A stretch of 64,000 bases of DNA from NCBI RefSeq assembly GCF_009914755.1, contig NC_060926.1, one strand, 5' to 3'. Of the stretch, positions 1 to 15,704 are shown one piece after another. The notes under the pieces are model-generated. The model ran no database searches. It saw only the letters and a list, made by a program, of their open reading frames with translations, and was not told the origin of the DNA. A program made the translations under genes and the position numbers. The stretch comes from the human T2T-CHM13v2.0 reference genome, Homo sapiens. The first letter of the stretch is position 1; every line of letters begins with the position of its first letter.

Positions 1-206
1 TCCAATGAAATGCTAAGCACAGGGCATTATGGGAAAAGCTGAGATGAGTACCTGCCACCCTATCGTGGAGGTGGGAAGGCATCAGAGGCCTTCTCAGGAG
101 AGAGGAGTGTGTGCACGGGCTGGGAAGACAGCAGGGGGAGGGGGAGCCACAGGTAGCTCATTATGATGGAAGCTTGGGGTACATGTGAAAGTGATGGAGA
201 ATATGA

Positions 207-651
<445 letters not shown>

Positions 652-1364
652 TCTTTCTTCTTTATTCGTGAGGTGTTTTCTCCCTTTACACTTGCTGGCC
701 CATGGAAGGTGCTTAGTAAGAATGGTGGCTGACTTCTAATGCTTCCAGAGAGCCTGACAGGCTGACATGGGTGTCTTCCACTGTCTGTGGGGAGGCTTAG
801 AAAGAGGAGTGGCTTTTATTAATATTATGAGTGTGGATCAGATCCTGCTGGAGCCAATGGCAAAGCCTGGAGCCGGCCCAGATTCTGCGAGAGTGCTAGG
901 CTGCACGGTCACAGATCAAATGTGCTTTTCAAGAATGGCCCCTCTCCTGGGATGGGGAACTTAGAGCTCTGAGGAGCACCGTGAACTGGCACCTCTATGT
1001 GTGAGAGCTGTGCTGTCTGACATGTGGTCTAAGCTTCGCGAACTGGTGTTTCTGGCACAGCCCTGAGCACAACCTCAGTCTGCCCACTGGTGCTGGCTGA
1101 GCCTGGCCTAGGTCCCGCGAGTCTGCGGCTGGAAGACTGGGGAGGAAAAGTGATGAGACTGCAAGAGAAAGATAATTTAATTATGATTGTCCTGAGTTAT
1201 TTACTGTTTCCAAGTCCCCTTTTGTATCTTGAAGGAAGGTAGGAATGGATCAGAGATAACCACTTGGGAAAATACGAGTTAACTCCATATAAGAAATCTT
1301 GATTATCTTGTATCGGTAACTCTCTACTCTTTAGTATGGCAGGAAAGAATGCCTTTTTTATTTA

Positions 1365-1605
1365 AATAAACATTTTTAGTTTTAGGTTCACAACAAAATT
1401 GAATGGAAAATACAGAAACTTTCCAAATACCCGTTCCCCTTGACATGCATAGCCTCCTCCTTTGTTAACATCCCGCACTACAAGTGGTATGCTGGTGACC
1501 CTCAGTGAACCGACAGGGACACATCACTCTCACCTATATCTTTACTTCACCTTAGGGCTCACTCTTGTACATTCCATGGGCTTGGACAAATGTATAATGA
1601 CATGA
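1365..1605 (-). mobile_element. Old L1 (L1MC-like) 3' fragment; boundaries approximate
   Basis: Resembles L1MC 3'UTR motifs (tttaggttcacaacaaaattga...ggacaaatgtataatgaca). Confidence 0.6.
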
Positions 1606-2071
1606 TTATAACTTCTCTTTGTATTGCAGCCACTCTGTCAAATGTCTGGTGCCTTGTGATCATTTTTCCATTTAAAATTGCCAGCACTAATCATGTCTGT
1701 TTTTAGCATCCAATAAAATTATCATTGTGGCATTAGAACCAGGGCTTACGATTCTGCTATTGAAAACTGGTTCAAAAGGTGATTTCAGGAAGGCTGGAAG
1801 TCCAGAATCCATTGCTCTGAGGAGCTGTGCTGTGTTTCTGATGATAGGTTGTTGCAGGTTTTTATGATCTAAACTCACATGGGGTAATAATGGACACTCA
1901 ATAGCAGTAGTTATTATGTGCCAGTAGCTGTAGGGCAGGGTGCTTCATTTAGTTTTCATAGGATAGCCTGTGATTGGCATCGCTATCCCAGTTCACAAAT
2001 GTTGTCTCCCTCCAGTCACAAGTCACCCTTTGCTTTTCTATGTTGTTTAAGTGGGTTAAAAGGACTTTTTA

Positions 2072-2497
<426 letters not shown>

Positions 2498-2954
2498 CTA
2501 TAAACATTTGCTGAATATTATATATGAGAGTACCTCTATCTAATTATTCAACCCTGCAAAGTGGGTATTGTTCCTGCTGGTTTCTGGAGAAGAAATCTGA
2601 GGCTCGGGAAGCAATAGGACCCGTCTTCTAACACAGCTTACAAGCTAATGATATTTGGGTTTTTCCAAATCCAGAGTGGGGTTGCCTCCACCTTGTTAGG
2701 GCTCTATAGGGGGAAGGGGTGCAGGCACGATAGGAGTCCCTGGCAGGCAGGGGCATCCTGGAGCCTTGCTGGTAACCAAGGAGAACGGAGGGTTCGGCTG
2801 GAGTAATTCACTTCGCTGCAGAGGGCTCACGTCCAGCAGGTGCTGTGGGCAGGAGACAGCTTGCATGCTGCAGGAGGAGGAGTTGGTTTTCAGTAATTGC
2901 CAACAAACTTCTGCTTAGTGCCATTTGGAAACCAGTCTTCCACACCACACTGAG

Positions 2955-3039
2955 GGCTTGTCTCCCAGAAACAGGTGCCGAGGGACCTGGCAGAGGAGGC
3001 TTGTCTCCCAGAAACAGGTGCCTAGGGACCTGGCAGAGG
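2955..3039. repeat. Two-copy tandem duplication, period 43
   Basis: ggcttgtctcccagaaacaggtgcc(g/t)agggacctggcagagg at 2955-2996 and 2998-3039. Confidence 0.95.
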
Positions 3040-3126
3040 CAATCAGAGTGGCACTCAACGTGGTGCTCGCTGCTAGCGTGGTCTCAGCACAAACACGGTT
3101 TAATGACTGTATTCTCTACATTTTAG

Positions 3127-3199
3127 GCTTTGGACGTGGACCGGATGGTTCTTTACAAAATGAAGAAATCCGTGAAAGCAATCAACAGCTCTGGGCTGG
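3127..3199 (+). CDS. ASAP2: ASAP2 coding exon (inferred exon 2), 73 nt, ALDVDRMVLYKMKKSVKAINSSGL(A); BAR domain
   Basis: ttttag acceptor, gtgagt donor, phase 0/1. The peptide matches my recollection of ASAP2 and joins the next exon in frame. Confidence 0.96.
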
Positions 3200-4299
3200 G
3201 TGAGTATACATCCTTCCCTAGAGGTTTCTGTGTGGAAAATGTCGCATTTGAAGTCCTGGTACCGTAATATTGATGACCATTAACAAATGAGCCAGCTAGA
3301 CTCCTTTATCGGGGCATGCAGATCACAGAGGTGAGCTGGGATGTTTCTTTTTCAGAAGTATGTTTTGTTTTGCCAGTCGTCTGATTCAGGTGTGGGATTT
3401 CGTCCCCTGTCATCCCCTGTCATCCTCCGTGCTGTCTGTCCCACGTTGCACTTCCTGTTTTCTGGAGCATCGTCCTGCACGTACCCACTTTGTCAGCCTG
3501 GCTGATGGGGGCCTGGATTCATTCCTGCCTCTGTCATTTGGTTTTTGCTGTTAATTGTGTCACAGTGCCCTTTCCGTTTCTCTTTTACCCAGTCTTGCCT
3601 TTTCTAGTATAGGAAGAAAATGAATAAATAGACAAACATAAAGTAATATTTGATCTAGATTTACACATACATATTTTTTACACATATATATTTACACATA
3701 TATATTTTTTAAACCCATGCAACTTTTGGCTTAAAGATGACAAGTAGGTCACCTGTAGCATACCTTCCCTTGTACAAATCCTACGAGTGATACAAAATAT
3801 TTTTTAAAAGTCGTTAAGTGACTATATAGTTTCATTCAGCAACAAAAAGGTGGCATCCTTGCAGGGCTAGGAACTGTGAGGAGTCCCTGAGAGACTGAAA
3901 CAGGGCTGATGGGTTGCTCAGGGGAGCTTGCCCGTGCTCAGGTGCAGATAGAGTTTGGGTGACAGGGTGGGAGGAGGAGGGGCCTGGGGTCTGCTCCCAC
4001 TGAAGTAGTCAGGTCCCTTCATCTATACTGTGTCCCCTCACCCTCGTGGTGTCTTTCTTTAGTGAAAGGGGTGATTGGAACAGGAGGACAGGGAGTGCCT
4101 TAGATGGTCGTGGTGTCAGGAGGGAAGGGGAAGAGCCTGGAAGTACACATTCCACCTGCTCCCCCCCACCGCCCCCACCAGTTACAATAGGGCGGGCACA
4201 AGCTCCAGTTGCCGCTCTTGATTCTCCCCCCATGAGAGCTGTGCAAGCCACAATCGGGAAGAATCTAGCAGGAAATCCCAGGTGCAGGATAATGTTACA

Positions 4300-4550
4300 G
4301 TTGAGCATTGCCAAGTGTATTTAGGAACAAATTTAACAGAAGACGCACAGGAATCCTACATCAACAAGTACAAAACGCTGCTGACCAAAATGAAAGAAGA
4401 CCTAAATGAGAAATATGTGATGCACAGGGGTTAGAAGAGTCACCACTGTTAGTGTCAGGCCTCCCCAAACTGATCTGAAGATTCACCCCAACCCCAGTCA
4501 GAATTACAGCAGCGGAAATTGACAGGCCTTTTCTAAAACTGATACAGAAG
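4300..4550 (+). mobile_element. Decayed L1M ORF2 fragment
   Basis: tatttaggaacaaatttaaca...tacaaaacgctgctgaccaaaatgaaagaagacctaaat resembles the L1 ORF2 YLGINLT..YKTLLKEIKEDLN segment. Confidence 0.65.
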
Positions 4551-6866
4551 GTGGCCATCCGTCTCTAGCTTTTTTACCTGGATTAAGTGTGGGGCAGGGA
4601 GCAATAATGATAGTTTTGATTTTTTTGAACACTTACTGTGTATCTTGTGCTTTCTGTACATTGTGCTAATCTTGTCAACAACTGATTCTCCTTATACAAA
4701 TGAGTAACCTGCAAATCAGAGAGTTCTGGGTGTTCCCAAGATGTCTGTGCAGCTGGAGCTCAGACCCTGATGGTCTTACTGCTGTGTCAGGGTTGTGTGC
4801 AGTGAGTGGCCCACTCTGTTTCAAAGCCACCATGCCTTCAGTGTGTCTGTCACACGGGTGACATCTTGAAGACTTCAGTGAGTCACTAAGAAATGGTACG
4901 CCCAGTTTCATTGACAAGCACCAGATTTCAAAAAGTATCTTGGAAGATTTTTTTTTTTTTTTTACTGCGTTCACTTGGACTTTTTGAGTTTATAACTTGA
5001 GGGATATTTGATATTCTGGTCAGACTCAAAAATGATTTTATAGTCATATGTTGAAAAGGTTGCTCTTATCAGAAATAAAAATGAAATAATCTGTGTCTTA
5101 TGCAAACACTGGCTGTGTAGCTGCTGCTCGTCTGGAGGAGAGACTTGTGTGACTCCCAAGGCTGGCCCAGTGGCTGGCAGTACAGCTTATAAACAGCCCT
5201 GCATTTGAAGGGAGAAGGCGCTAGTGCTTCGGTGTCAGGAAGCTGGCCTGCAGGAATTTAACAGCACCTCTGTCTAATTTGCCATGCTGACCTATATTGC
5301 TGAGCGTGTACCACAAACCTCATTCCTATTTCTAACCACCCCCAAGCGTCGTTTGCTAAAATGCAACCCCACTGGTGTTACTTCTCTGCCTAAAACTCTA
5401 TAGCATTTTTTCATCACCCTCTTTGAAGTTCGTGGAAGTCAGTTCCAGAGCATGGGAGAGAGAAGGAAGGCCTCTGTGGGCTTCAGAATTTTAGGGCAAT
5501 TGGGATAAAGATGGTTCTCTTACCACAGATCCATCCAAAGATTTTAATGTGCTAGTAATGTGGATTGTGAGTGGTTATCGTTCTTAACCCTTTCCCAATT
5601 CATTTGTCGATGAAACTGTCACTGCCTCCCCTGATCACCCCACTGTGAGCCTCAGGTGAGTAAATACTGCAGAGCACCAGATGAGTTCCGAGCTCTTGTG
5701 CGTTGCCTGGACTCAGGCCACCTGTCCCGACCCTCCCCACCTGGACTCCTCTGTGCCCTTCTTTGAAATAACTTGCAGTTTTCCCCAGAGAGCCACGTTT
5801 TATGCCTTCTTCCCTCTGCTCATGCTCTGCTGTTTGCTTAAAATAGCATTTGCCACTTTATGAAAGAAAACTGAGGTCCAAGGAAGTTGAGAAGTTTGTT
5901 CAAAGTCACAAAGCTCTACAGTGACAGGGCTGGGATTTTAACGTAGCTCCTTGGGCTCATGTCCTTTTTGAGGCCCCGCACATAACAGCCTGGCATGTGA
6001 CCTTGGAGGGGGTCTCCTATTTTTGTCATCCTTTAGCCATCTATTATGTCATGCCAAGTTTGAGTTATTCTAAGGTCATGAGTCTGAGTCCTGAAAAGTC
6101 CTAAGTCCTAAAACCAGAGCCTGATCCTGAAATCTTTATTTCGGAACAAGCGTTGTCTACTGCAAAGAAGTCACCTGAGGAAACGTGATACTTTCTCCTG
6201 TCATGTTGCTGACATCATTCACAGTGTCTTTAGAACTCTTTAGAACTGCTTTTAGTAGCACGTTCTTTTGCATATATTTAGTAGAGAAGTCTAAGGATAG
6301 ATTAAATTTTTTTAGAACTAGATGTCAGAAATAAGTCAGGCATATTCAAGAAGGGACTGAGTGCCAGCGACCACAGTTGGCTTCGGTGCACTGTAACTAC
6401 AGTCATGGGCTCTGAAGGCAGCTGGTTCCAAAGGAGAAGTCCCCATAGTGTTTTGATCACGAGAATAAAGACCAAAGGCAATTCCTGTATAGGAAGAGCG
6501 CTCATTTTATGTACGATTGAAAGAACAGTGAGAATAAATTAGCATTTATGCTTCATACTGCCATATTCCTTGTCTTGTCTCATGTTTCTTAATTTCTTTG
6601 GGACCAAGATTTCCTGCCTGCTTTCCTGATTTGTCACAGATTGGCCCCATTTGACCCATCTCTGTACCAGTGTCCCTCACTGCAGGCTGCTGGCCTGTCA
6701 CTGCTTCCTGAGTGTGTGCCAGCTGTACTTCTGTGTCTTTGCACAGCCCCACCCAGTCTGTAAACGGACTCCCCCATCCCAGTCACCTGCAGGGGACCTG
6801 CCCTTGCTTCCCCACCCATTTTCATTAAGCCTTAGCTCTCTTTGACTTCAGCGTAGCCCTCTTTGA

Positions 6867-7149
<283 letters not shown>

Positions 7150-7430
7150 TGTAATAGTTTCTTATTGCTGTTGTAACAAATTACCATAAAATGAGTTGGC
7201 TTAAAATGGCACAAAGTTATCTTTCAGTTCGGCCATGGGAAACCCGACATGGGTCTCACTGGGCTAAAATGAAGATGTTAACAGGGCTCCTTCCCTGAGG
7301 CTTCAGGGGAAATCGGTGTCCTTTTCCTGCTCCTAGAGGCCACCTGCATTCCTTAGCTCACGGCTCCCTTCCATCTTCAAAGCTGGTCATGGCCGGTGGT
7401 GTCTTTCTCACACTGCATTGCTCTGACACT

Positions 7431-7813
7431 TAGATGGCTCGGGCTGCTATAACAAAATACCATAGATTGGTGGGTTAAACAACAGAAATTTATTTTCTCA
7501 CAGGCCTGGGGGCTGGGAAGTCCAAGATCAGGGTGTCAGTGTGGATGGGTTCTGGTGAGGGCTCTCCTCTCCTTCCTGGCTTGCAGACAGCTGCCTTCTC
7601 CCTGTACCCTCACGTGGCAGCGAGAGAAAGCAAGATGTCCACTTTCTCCTCTTATAAGGACCCTAATGCCATCAGGAGGGCCTCACCCACTTGACCTCAT
7701 CTAAACCTAATTATTATGCTTCCCGATGGCCCCATCTCCAGACACCATTGCCTTGGGGATTAGGGCTTTAATATATGAATCTGGGGGAAGGGACGCAATT
7801 CAGTCCCATAGCA
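7431..7813 (-). mobile_element. MLT1A-like MaLR solo LTR nested in the older MLT1
   Basis: ctcgggctgctataacaaaataccatag...aattcagtcccatagca. Confidence 0.8.
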
Positions 7814-8269
7814 AACACTGACTCTTCTGCCTCCCTCTTCTACATATAAGGACCCTTGTGATGACATTGGCCTCATCCAGATAATCCAGATAATCTCCCC
7901 ATCTCAAGTTCAGCTGATTAGCAACTGTATTTCATCCACAATTTCAATTCCTCTTTGCCAAGTAGCATAACGTACTCACAAGTTCCAGGGATTAGGAGGT
8001 GGGCATCTGGTGGTGGAGGAGACGTTATTCTGTCTACCACACCTCTCCTGAATTCTTAGGATTTGGAGGTTGAATCAGTTTCCACTGTTTTGTTCAGCTA
8101 CAAATTAAAGGGTACCTAACATGCAGGCACTGTTAACACTTTAAATATTGCTCCTGATTGTTCTCTAGTAGTTTTGTATCTGTTGATCTTTTCTCAGTTA
8201 ATTAGAAGCCCTTGAGGTGAAAGACCAATTCTGGGAGATGGTGTCATTTAGGATAAAGAAGACGTAGGT

Positions 8270-8470
8270 ATTAGAATCCAAGAACCCTTGATTAAAAGCT
8301 AGCAATGCCACTCAAAAAGCCTGTGACATTAGGACGATTATTTTACCTTTCTGAGCCTCAATTTCCTCATGTGTAAAATGGGAATTTAATAGGTCATAGG
8401 ATTGCTAGTGAAGATTAAGTGAGATAACATGAAAAAGTGCCATGCATGGTTCTGGACATACACGTGGTAA
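8270..8470 (+). mobile_element. MIR SINE
   Basis: Core ctgagcctcaatttcctcatgtgtaaaatggga...gattaagtgagataac. Confidence 0.75.
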
Positions 8471-8837
8471 GTGTGACAGCTGTGACATACCTCCTGTGTG
8501 TTCCTTGCAGTGGCTGCCATGGGTGTGGGTGGGTAATAGGTGCCCAGTAAATACTGAGTGTTTATACATTATCAGGTTCCTGCTGTATGTACTTACACTG
8601 CTTTCTTAGTGTAGGAGGGGTGAACTTACAATTTTAGATGTAAGTGGTGTGTGTTACGACAGGCCCTGTATTCTATTCTTTGAGGATTTATATGGATTTA
8701 TGTAGAAGGAAGATTTAAGATGCCTTACAATGGAGGCTGGAAAACTGTGGCCAGACACCTGTGTTTTCACAGCCTGAAAGCTAAGAATGGTTTCTTACCA
8801 TCGTTACCTGCACAATAACCTCAGTATTGCCTCAGCA

Positions 8838-8936
8838 ACCCACAGTGTGATGGTCTCTGGAGATGGGGCCTTTGGGAAGTAATTAGCTTTAGATGAGGGC
8901 ATGAGAGTGGGGCCCTCATGATGGGGTTAGTGCCCT
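8838..8936 (+). mobile_element. MLT1A fragment
   Basis: ggagatggggcctttgggaagtaattagctttagatgagggcatgagagtggggccctcatgatggg. Confidence 0.75.
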
Positions 8937-8992
8937 GCTTAAATATTTACTCTCTGACTTTCTAGGAAAAAGTTTTTGAATCCCTGCATTAG

Positions 8993-9150
8993 AGCAGTGG
9001 TTATAAACTGGAGAGAGTATCAGAATACCCCGGGGTCTTGTTAAAATAGGGATTGAGTTTCTGGTTCAGCAGGTCAGGGATGGAGCCTGAGTATTTTATT
9101 TGCTAATTGAAAAAGCTCCCAGGTGACGGCACTGGACTTTGAGAATCCTA
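8993..9150. mobile_element. MER5A-like hAT-Charlie DNA transposon relic
   Basis: cagtggttataaact...tcagaataccccggggtcttgttaaaata...ctcccaggtga...ctttgagaa. Confidence 0.65.
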
Positions 9151-9926
9151 CCTCAGAACCCCCCATCCCCACTTCAAACACTGAACTGGGACAAAAGGGT
9201 ATCTGCATGTCCCACGTGTATACAAAACAGTAGTCTTCTTCCACAATAGTCAGTGCATTATGTTTGCTCCCAGTCTTCAAAATGATGGCAACCCAGCCAG
9301 CTGTATTTTCTGGAGAGTCTTAGCTTGGGTTTCCAAAAGCAGTTGTCATAATGATTTATGAGAAACTGTTTGCCACTCAGTGATGGATTGCTTATTTATT
9401 TTAAACTCTTACTTGTCTAAAATTTCCCAAGCTCTGGCTCAGCCCAAAGGTGTTCCTTCCACACCCCAGGAAGTTGAAGCTAACATTTTTAGCTGTTTGA
9501 CATATCAGTGGGTGGAAAAATTCATCTCTATCAAGAAGGAAGCAACAGAAGATTTTCATTTTCACTTCTCTAGAATTATTCTGTCATAAGGACTTGTTAG
9601 AACATTCTTATCGAGAGTGATATTCCTACCCTCAATCAGAATATCCTAGAAAATTATCACATTCTTGAAAGTACAAAGAAATGCTGATTTTCCCTCAAAT
9701 CCTTACCATCTCCCACATACAAAAGAAAATGAGAATACAACAACTTTGTGTGTGTGTTCCTGCCTGTTGTTTGCAGTGTTAATTGGAACATGATATTAAA
9801 ATACACTTCAAATTCATACAGAAAACTATTTCTATTGTAGATATTATCAATTAGAACAGGGCAGTTCAGAACAAATATATATAATAGTTGAGGAAATGAA
9901 GTTTCACTGTGCATTAAGAAGATACT

Positions 9927-10289
<363 letters not shown>

Positions 10290-13200
10290 CTACCTGTTAC
10301 ATGAGAAAATAACAAAATCAGAATAATCTTTACTGTTTGGCAAGCTTACAGTAACTAGTACTCTGCTCCATTGTTGTGGCACTGAAAACATGCACGCAGA
10401 GTTTCTGGAAAGCAGTTTGGTGGTACACATCAAGAAAAATAACAATCTTTTTGTGGAAGGAGATCCATGCACAAAGATGTTCACTTTGTTGTTGCACTGC
10501 TTATCAAAGTGAGAAATTGGATGCCTCCTATATATAGCTGAATTAGGATTTAGCTGCTTGCTGGAATTATGTTTATACAGCAACAGGAAGAGAAATGCTT
10601 GTGATGAAATCTTCAGCAATAAAATTCAGGATGCAAAATTTATGTACACCGTGTGTGATTAAAAAGGAATAGATGATAAATGATGATAAAGAATATTTTT
10701 ATTGATATTCACAAACGAGGGTAGAAGCATAGTGGTAATAAATACTCATGAGGTATTTGTTAGAATATTTGTATTATAAAGCTAAATAAAAACTTTATGT
10801 GAATTCCATCCTTACAGCCTTGTGAGTTGGGTCCTGTCCATTGACAGATGAGCTCACAGAGGCACTGAGTAGTGATCTGCCAGTGTCATCTAGCCAACAG
10901 TTGGAGGAGCTGAGATTCAAAACCAGGTGAGCGTCCCGTCTCTGCTTCTGACTGCTGCGGCATGCTGCCTGGTGCTGAGGCGGGAAGTTGCTGGGGGCAC
11001 ACGGTGGAGAAAACAAGCGGCAACGTGGGGAGCACCCTACGTGCCACCTGGCTGAGCCATCGTAGTCCTTCTGAAAAATTCCAGATGGTTTTGGTTGATT
11101 ACAGGGTCAGTGTGAGCCAGTACGTGGCACATGCCCCAAAGGTGAGCCACACATGACCTCAGTGAAGTCTTTGGTGCTTATAAATAAGGTTGTTGTTTCA
11201 TTATTTAGTTGTAAGAGCAGCATTTAAAGAAGAACCTGAAAACCTTAGGGATGGAGAAACCTCCTTGTAGGACGGATATCTGAAGGACGCGGGGCTCCTG
11301 GTTTCGGAAGGGGCAGGAGAGGGCGTACATGAAGGGCTTTCTCTGGCTGAGGAAGGTAGACATAGTATTTGTTCCTCTCTAGAGGAGGCTTTCACAAGAG
11401 CAAGCCTTGACTCAGATATGAGGGAGAGGATAACTGGGTGAGCAGACTGAGCGGCGAGCTGGTGGTTGGAAGGTTCCTGCAGCGGGTGGACGGCCTCTGT
11501 CTCTGAGGAAGTTATAGAGGGAGGTGAGGACGTGGGCTCGAAGGCCCTGGAGATGTCTTCCAGTTGTGAGACTCTGGAGTCCAGCCTTCTCCCCCTGCTG
11601 GCTAACAACAATGATTGGAATTTAGATGGTGACTTGTGGAATCCTGTCCGCAGTGACCACTGCATTAGTCATGGAAGGAGGGTACCTCTGAAGGAACACA
11701 GAGGTCTGTGACTTAACTAACGTCCAAGTGTTGGCATGAATCATACTTTGGTTCAGAGGTATCTGCTATTTAATTTGGCTGGCTTTTATAGTCAGCCAGT
11801 CTGTGGGCCAACCTGGTGGCCGCATGCATCTGTAAGACATGGGGCTGCAGTTTCATCAGTGGTTCTTTAATCTTTTGGTTATCATAGACATCAGTAAAAA
11901 TAAGAAGGCTGTTTTGGATGATCCCTCCAGGAAAAGGTACCTTTACATAATTTTGCATACACTGTTTGGGATGCCCATACCCCCATAAACCTGTCCGCAA
12001 ACCCAACCTACCAAGCAAAAAAGCTCAGACCTTGAGCTTAAATCTTCTACCAAATCAACACGATGACTTCATCTGTTTCCTCATCTGTAAAATCCTGCAG
12101 AGTTGTAAGGATGAAAGATATTTCTACACGTATGTCATCTCCACAGTGTTCATGGTAGCTACTATCTGAGGCTTTAGAGACCATGTACTTTCCAAGGGCT
12201 GCTTGTCCCTGAGGGTGAGGCTCCAGGATCTCGTGAAACCACAGGAGTCAGCTTGCTTCCCAGGGGCTGTGCCCTCCATGGAGTTGGGTGGGGGCAGCGT
12301 GTGTTTTTAAGTCATCACTGTGGTGAGCGTGGGGTCATGGGGTATGACGTGGCAAAAATGAAGGGCTGAAAGCTGCTTACCCTGGCAAAATGCACATTCT
12401 GTAATGTAGCGAGTCAGATTGCTTTGCCAACATGAACTCTTCCTCCATTAAAGGATGTGAATATAATTGGGAGTAAAATTTCTAATAGCTTGTACTCCCC
12501 ATACAACAAATGTTGAATTCACCTCTTGGCTTTGAACCCCAGACACCTTGGGGTAGCCTGTCTCCAGGCTAAAGGAGAGCCCTGCAAGTTTTTTAGTGAA
12601 ACCCCCTTCCCACCACCTCCAACCCCCTTCTCCTTCCCTGATTTGGTCTCAGAGCACCCCTAGGAGGGAAGCAGCTCTCTGGTTAAGGAGAGTCTAGGGT
12701 GAGTCAAGCAGCTGGTAGCTCAGTTTTAATCTCATGCCATACTACATTTTCAATGAGGAAATTCCTCTAAATGTCATCTGCTCCAAGAAGCCTTTTCTGT
12801 TACCAGCCCCCAGAAAATGTACTCCTTTCCCCATAGAGTGCTGTGTTTCCACCTCGTGTAATTTACATCACAGTGGATTGTTTTCGCATGTTTATCTTTG
12901 TCTTGCTAAGTTGTGTGTTGGCAGGTACCAAGGTTTATTATCTTTCTTGAATGCAGATCTCTTAGAAGCCTTTTGGCTGCTCTCCGTTACCTGGGATGAA
13001 GTTCCTCATCTCTGGCTCCTGCCTGACTCTCCAGCCCTTCCCCATGCTCTGGACACACCAAGCGCCTTGAATTCCCCAGAGCTCATTTTGTTTCTTGCCT
13101 TTGTGTCGCTGCACTGAACTGATGGGCTGAGTCTTTCTCACTTATTGGATGCTTGCTTCTTGAGGGTAGGGGCTCTGTTTGATGAATCTTTGTGTTCATT

Positions 13201-14011
13201 AGTGCTTGCTGGAGAATAGACTTTCAGTGTGATTGGATTTTATTCTTTAGTAACCAGAAATATTCTTGACCCGTAATGGAAGCACACAATGAATGAATAA
13301 AGGTAAATGCGGATACATTCTGTACTCTAAAGCCTAAAGGGACAGAAACCATCAACATAAAAAAAAATATGCAGTAGCCCAGTGTCCACTCTTCACCCTC
13401 TCACCTGCCTTCCAAGTGTACTCCTACAAGCAGTAGGAGCTTCACAGGGAGGTCATTGGGGTGACGTTTAGTTATTCACACAGACTTTGAACTCATTTGA
13501 ACATCACTGGAAGGATGGGATCATTAATATAAGGCAGGATCAAAGAGGATGGGATGATCATAGACAACAGGTTTTGTATTTTAATAGCGCACACCTTGGC
13601 CTGATTAGTGAACTCCATTGCTAGCTGCCTGTGCTGAACACAACCAGACTAGATACATCCTGGGGTACCATCCACAAAGACTGGCTGTTTCTTGAGGAAT
13701 CACATTCCAAGGGACTTCCTAGGAAAGATGATGGAAATGGGTATTGAAAGTGGAACAAGCCCGGGGTGTTGGAGAAGGCGGAGGAAGTGGCAGGAAGAAG
13801 CCGGTGGTGAGAGGCATCCTTCCAGTTGCTCATCCTGCACGGGAGCTCTCAGGGGTTATGAATAGGGAGGACATTCTTGTTCAACCCCTTCTGGTTGTGG
13901 CTACTTCTGTCTTGTCAAAGATGATACAGGTATACTCAGTTCCGAAGGCTGTGTCCCTCCCGTCACCTTGTCCAGGGAAAGCTTTGGGAGAGAAAGACAT
14001 ATTCTAATGTT

Positions 14012-14325
14012 ATTTATTTATTTATTTATTTATTTTCTTTTGAGATGGAGTCTCGCTCTGTCACCCAGGCTGGAGTGCACAGTGGCACGATCTCGGCTCA
14101 CTGCAACCTCTGCCTCCTGGGTTGAAGTGATTCTCATGCCTCAGCCTCCTGAGGAGCTGGGATTACAGACACCTGCCACCACTCCTGGCTAATTTTTGTA
14201 TTTTTATTAAAGATTGGGTTTCGCCCTGTTGGCCAGGCTGGTCTTGAACTCCTGACCTCAAGAGATCTGCCCATCTCGGCCTCCCAAAGTGCTGGGATTA
14301 CAGGCGTGAGCCACTGCACCTGGCC
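14012..14325 (-). mobile_element. AluS with a (TTTA)n tail
   Basis: Full dimer; taatgtt repeated on both flanks. Confidence 0.95.
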
Positions 14326-15704
14326 TAATGTTCTTAATAGGCACAGGCACAGAGCACTGTAACAATCTAGCCATTAGAGCTGGTGCTTCAGATTTCATTT
14401 TAAAGTTTTATTTATTCTTTACGTTGTTATTATAAAGCTAAGATAAGCTTAGTTTAGAAAATTTAGAAAGTTCAGAAAAGCACTAAAGCAAGCAAGTCTT
14501 GAGCCTGGCAGGATCTCAGTATCTTTATAACCAGCAGAGGCTCAGGTGAGCGCTGGGTCTGAGGCCCACTGCGACTTGGAACACAGCTCTGCCTCTTAGA
14601 AGTTGCAGGATCCTGGGCTTGTTCACACTCTGACAGTCTGTTTCCTTGTCCACTCAGAGGAGAATAAAATAACATCTAGAAAGCACTTGGCCTGGGACCT
14701 AGTATATAACAGCCTTGCATATGACAGTTTATTGACTGCTAGCAAGTGCTCAGTTTTCCCCACCACTGTTAGCATTTTGATGTATTATCTTTTCAACCTC
14801 CTCTCTACATTTCACTTTTTGCAAAATTGAGACTAAATATCTAATTTTATGTCCTCCCTTTTTTAAACTTGGCTTTCTGCTCCTACCATATTCCTATATC
14901 ATGATTTTAAAAGCCAACATAATATTCCATTTTGTAGAAATACTGTTAATTTAACCATTTTCATATTGTTGGAACTTAACACATTTTAAATTTTCACTCT
15001 TTATAAATGTTCTGTACACACATCTCTGATCACCTTGATTATTTCCTTAGGATAGATTTCTGGAAGTGGGATTATCCAGAAGAATGATACACATTAGTAA
15101 ATTGGAAATGAAAATATGTTTTCAGCCGTTTAGTTGGGATGATTCTAGAAATAAAGTTCTGAAAATGGTTCTCTCTCACGAGATGTCCACTAAGTAGAGA
15201 CCCTGTTAAGAAACAGGGATGATGTTTGATTTGAAGAAATTGCATTCCCATGAGATCATGCGCCACAAGTGAGGTCGGAAACAGGTGGCATGTACAGCCG
15301 ACAGCCGGAGGAAATGGTCTCCGCTGTGCAGAGTTGTGCACAACATCACAACATTCGTGTCGTGACACACATTTGAGTAGTAATCGTCATGTCATCCGTC
15401 TAGGGAGAGTCTCCACCAGGCTGCTGCCATAGAGAACATATGTCTCTCCTTAAACGCTCCCTTCGCCGAGCTGTCTGCATGGAAGGTTGGAATGTGGGGT
15501 GTCAGCAAGTGCTTTTCCCTCTGCCTGATTCCCAAGTGGCCTGTGGTCTGGCCTGGAGCAGGGGTTTGGAGGGTCTTTGTTGGGTCAGCAAGGAGGCTGG
15601 GGCTGGGTAGCCATGAGGCTGGTGCACCCTGCCTTCGTTCTGTTATGCTGGTGACAGCACTTGGTGTTCAGGTTAATGGTACATGCACTTGACTGGAAGG
15701 TTGT

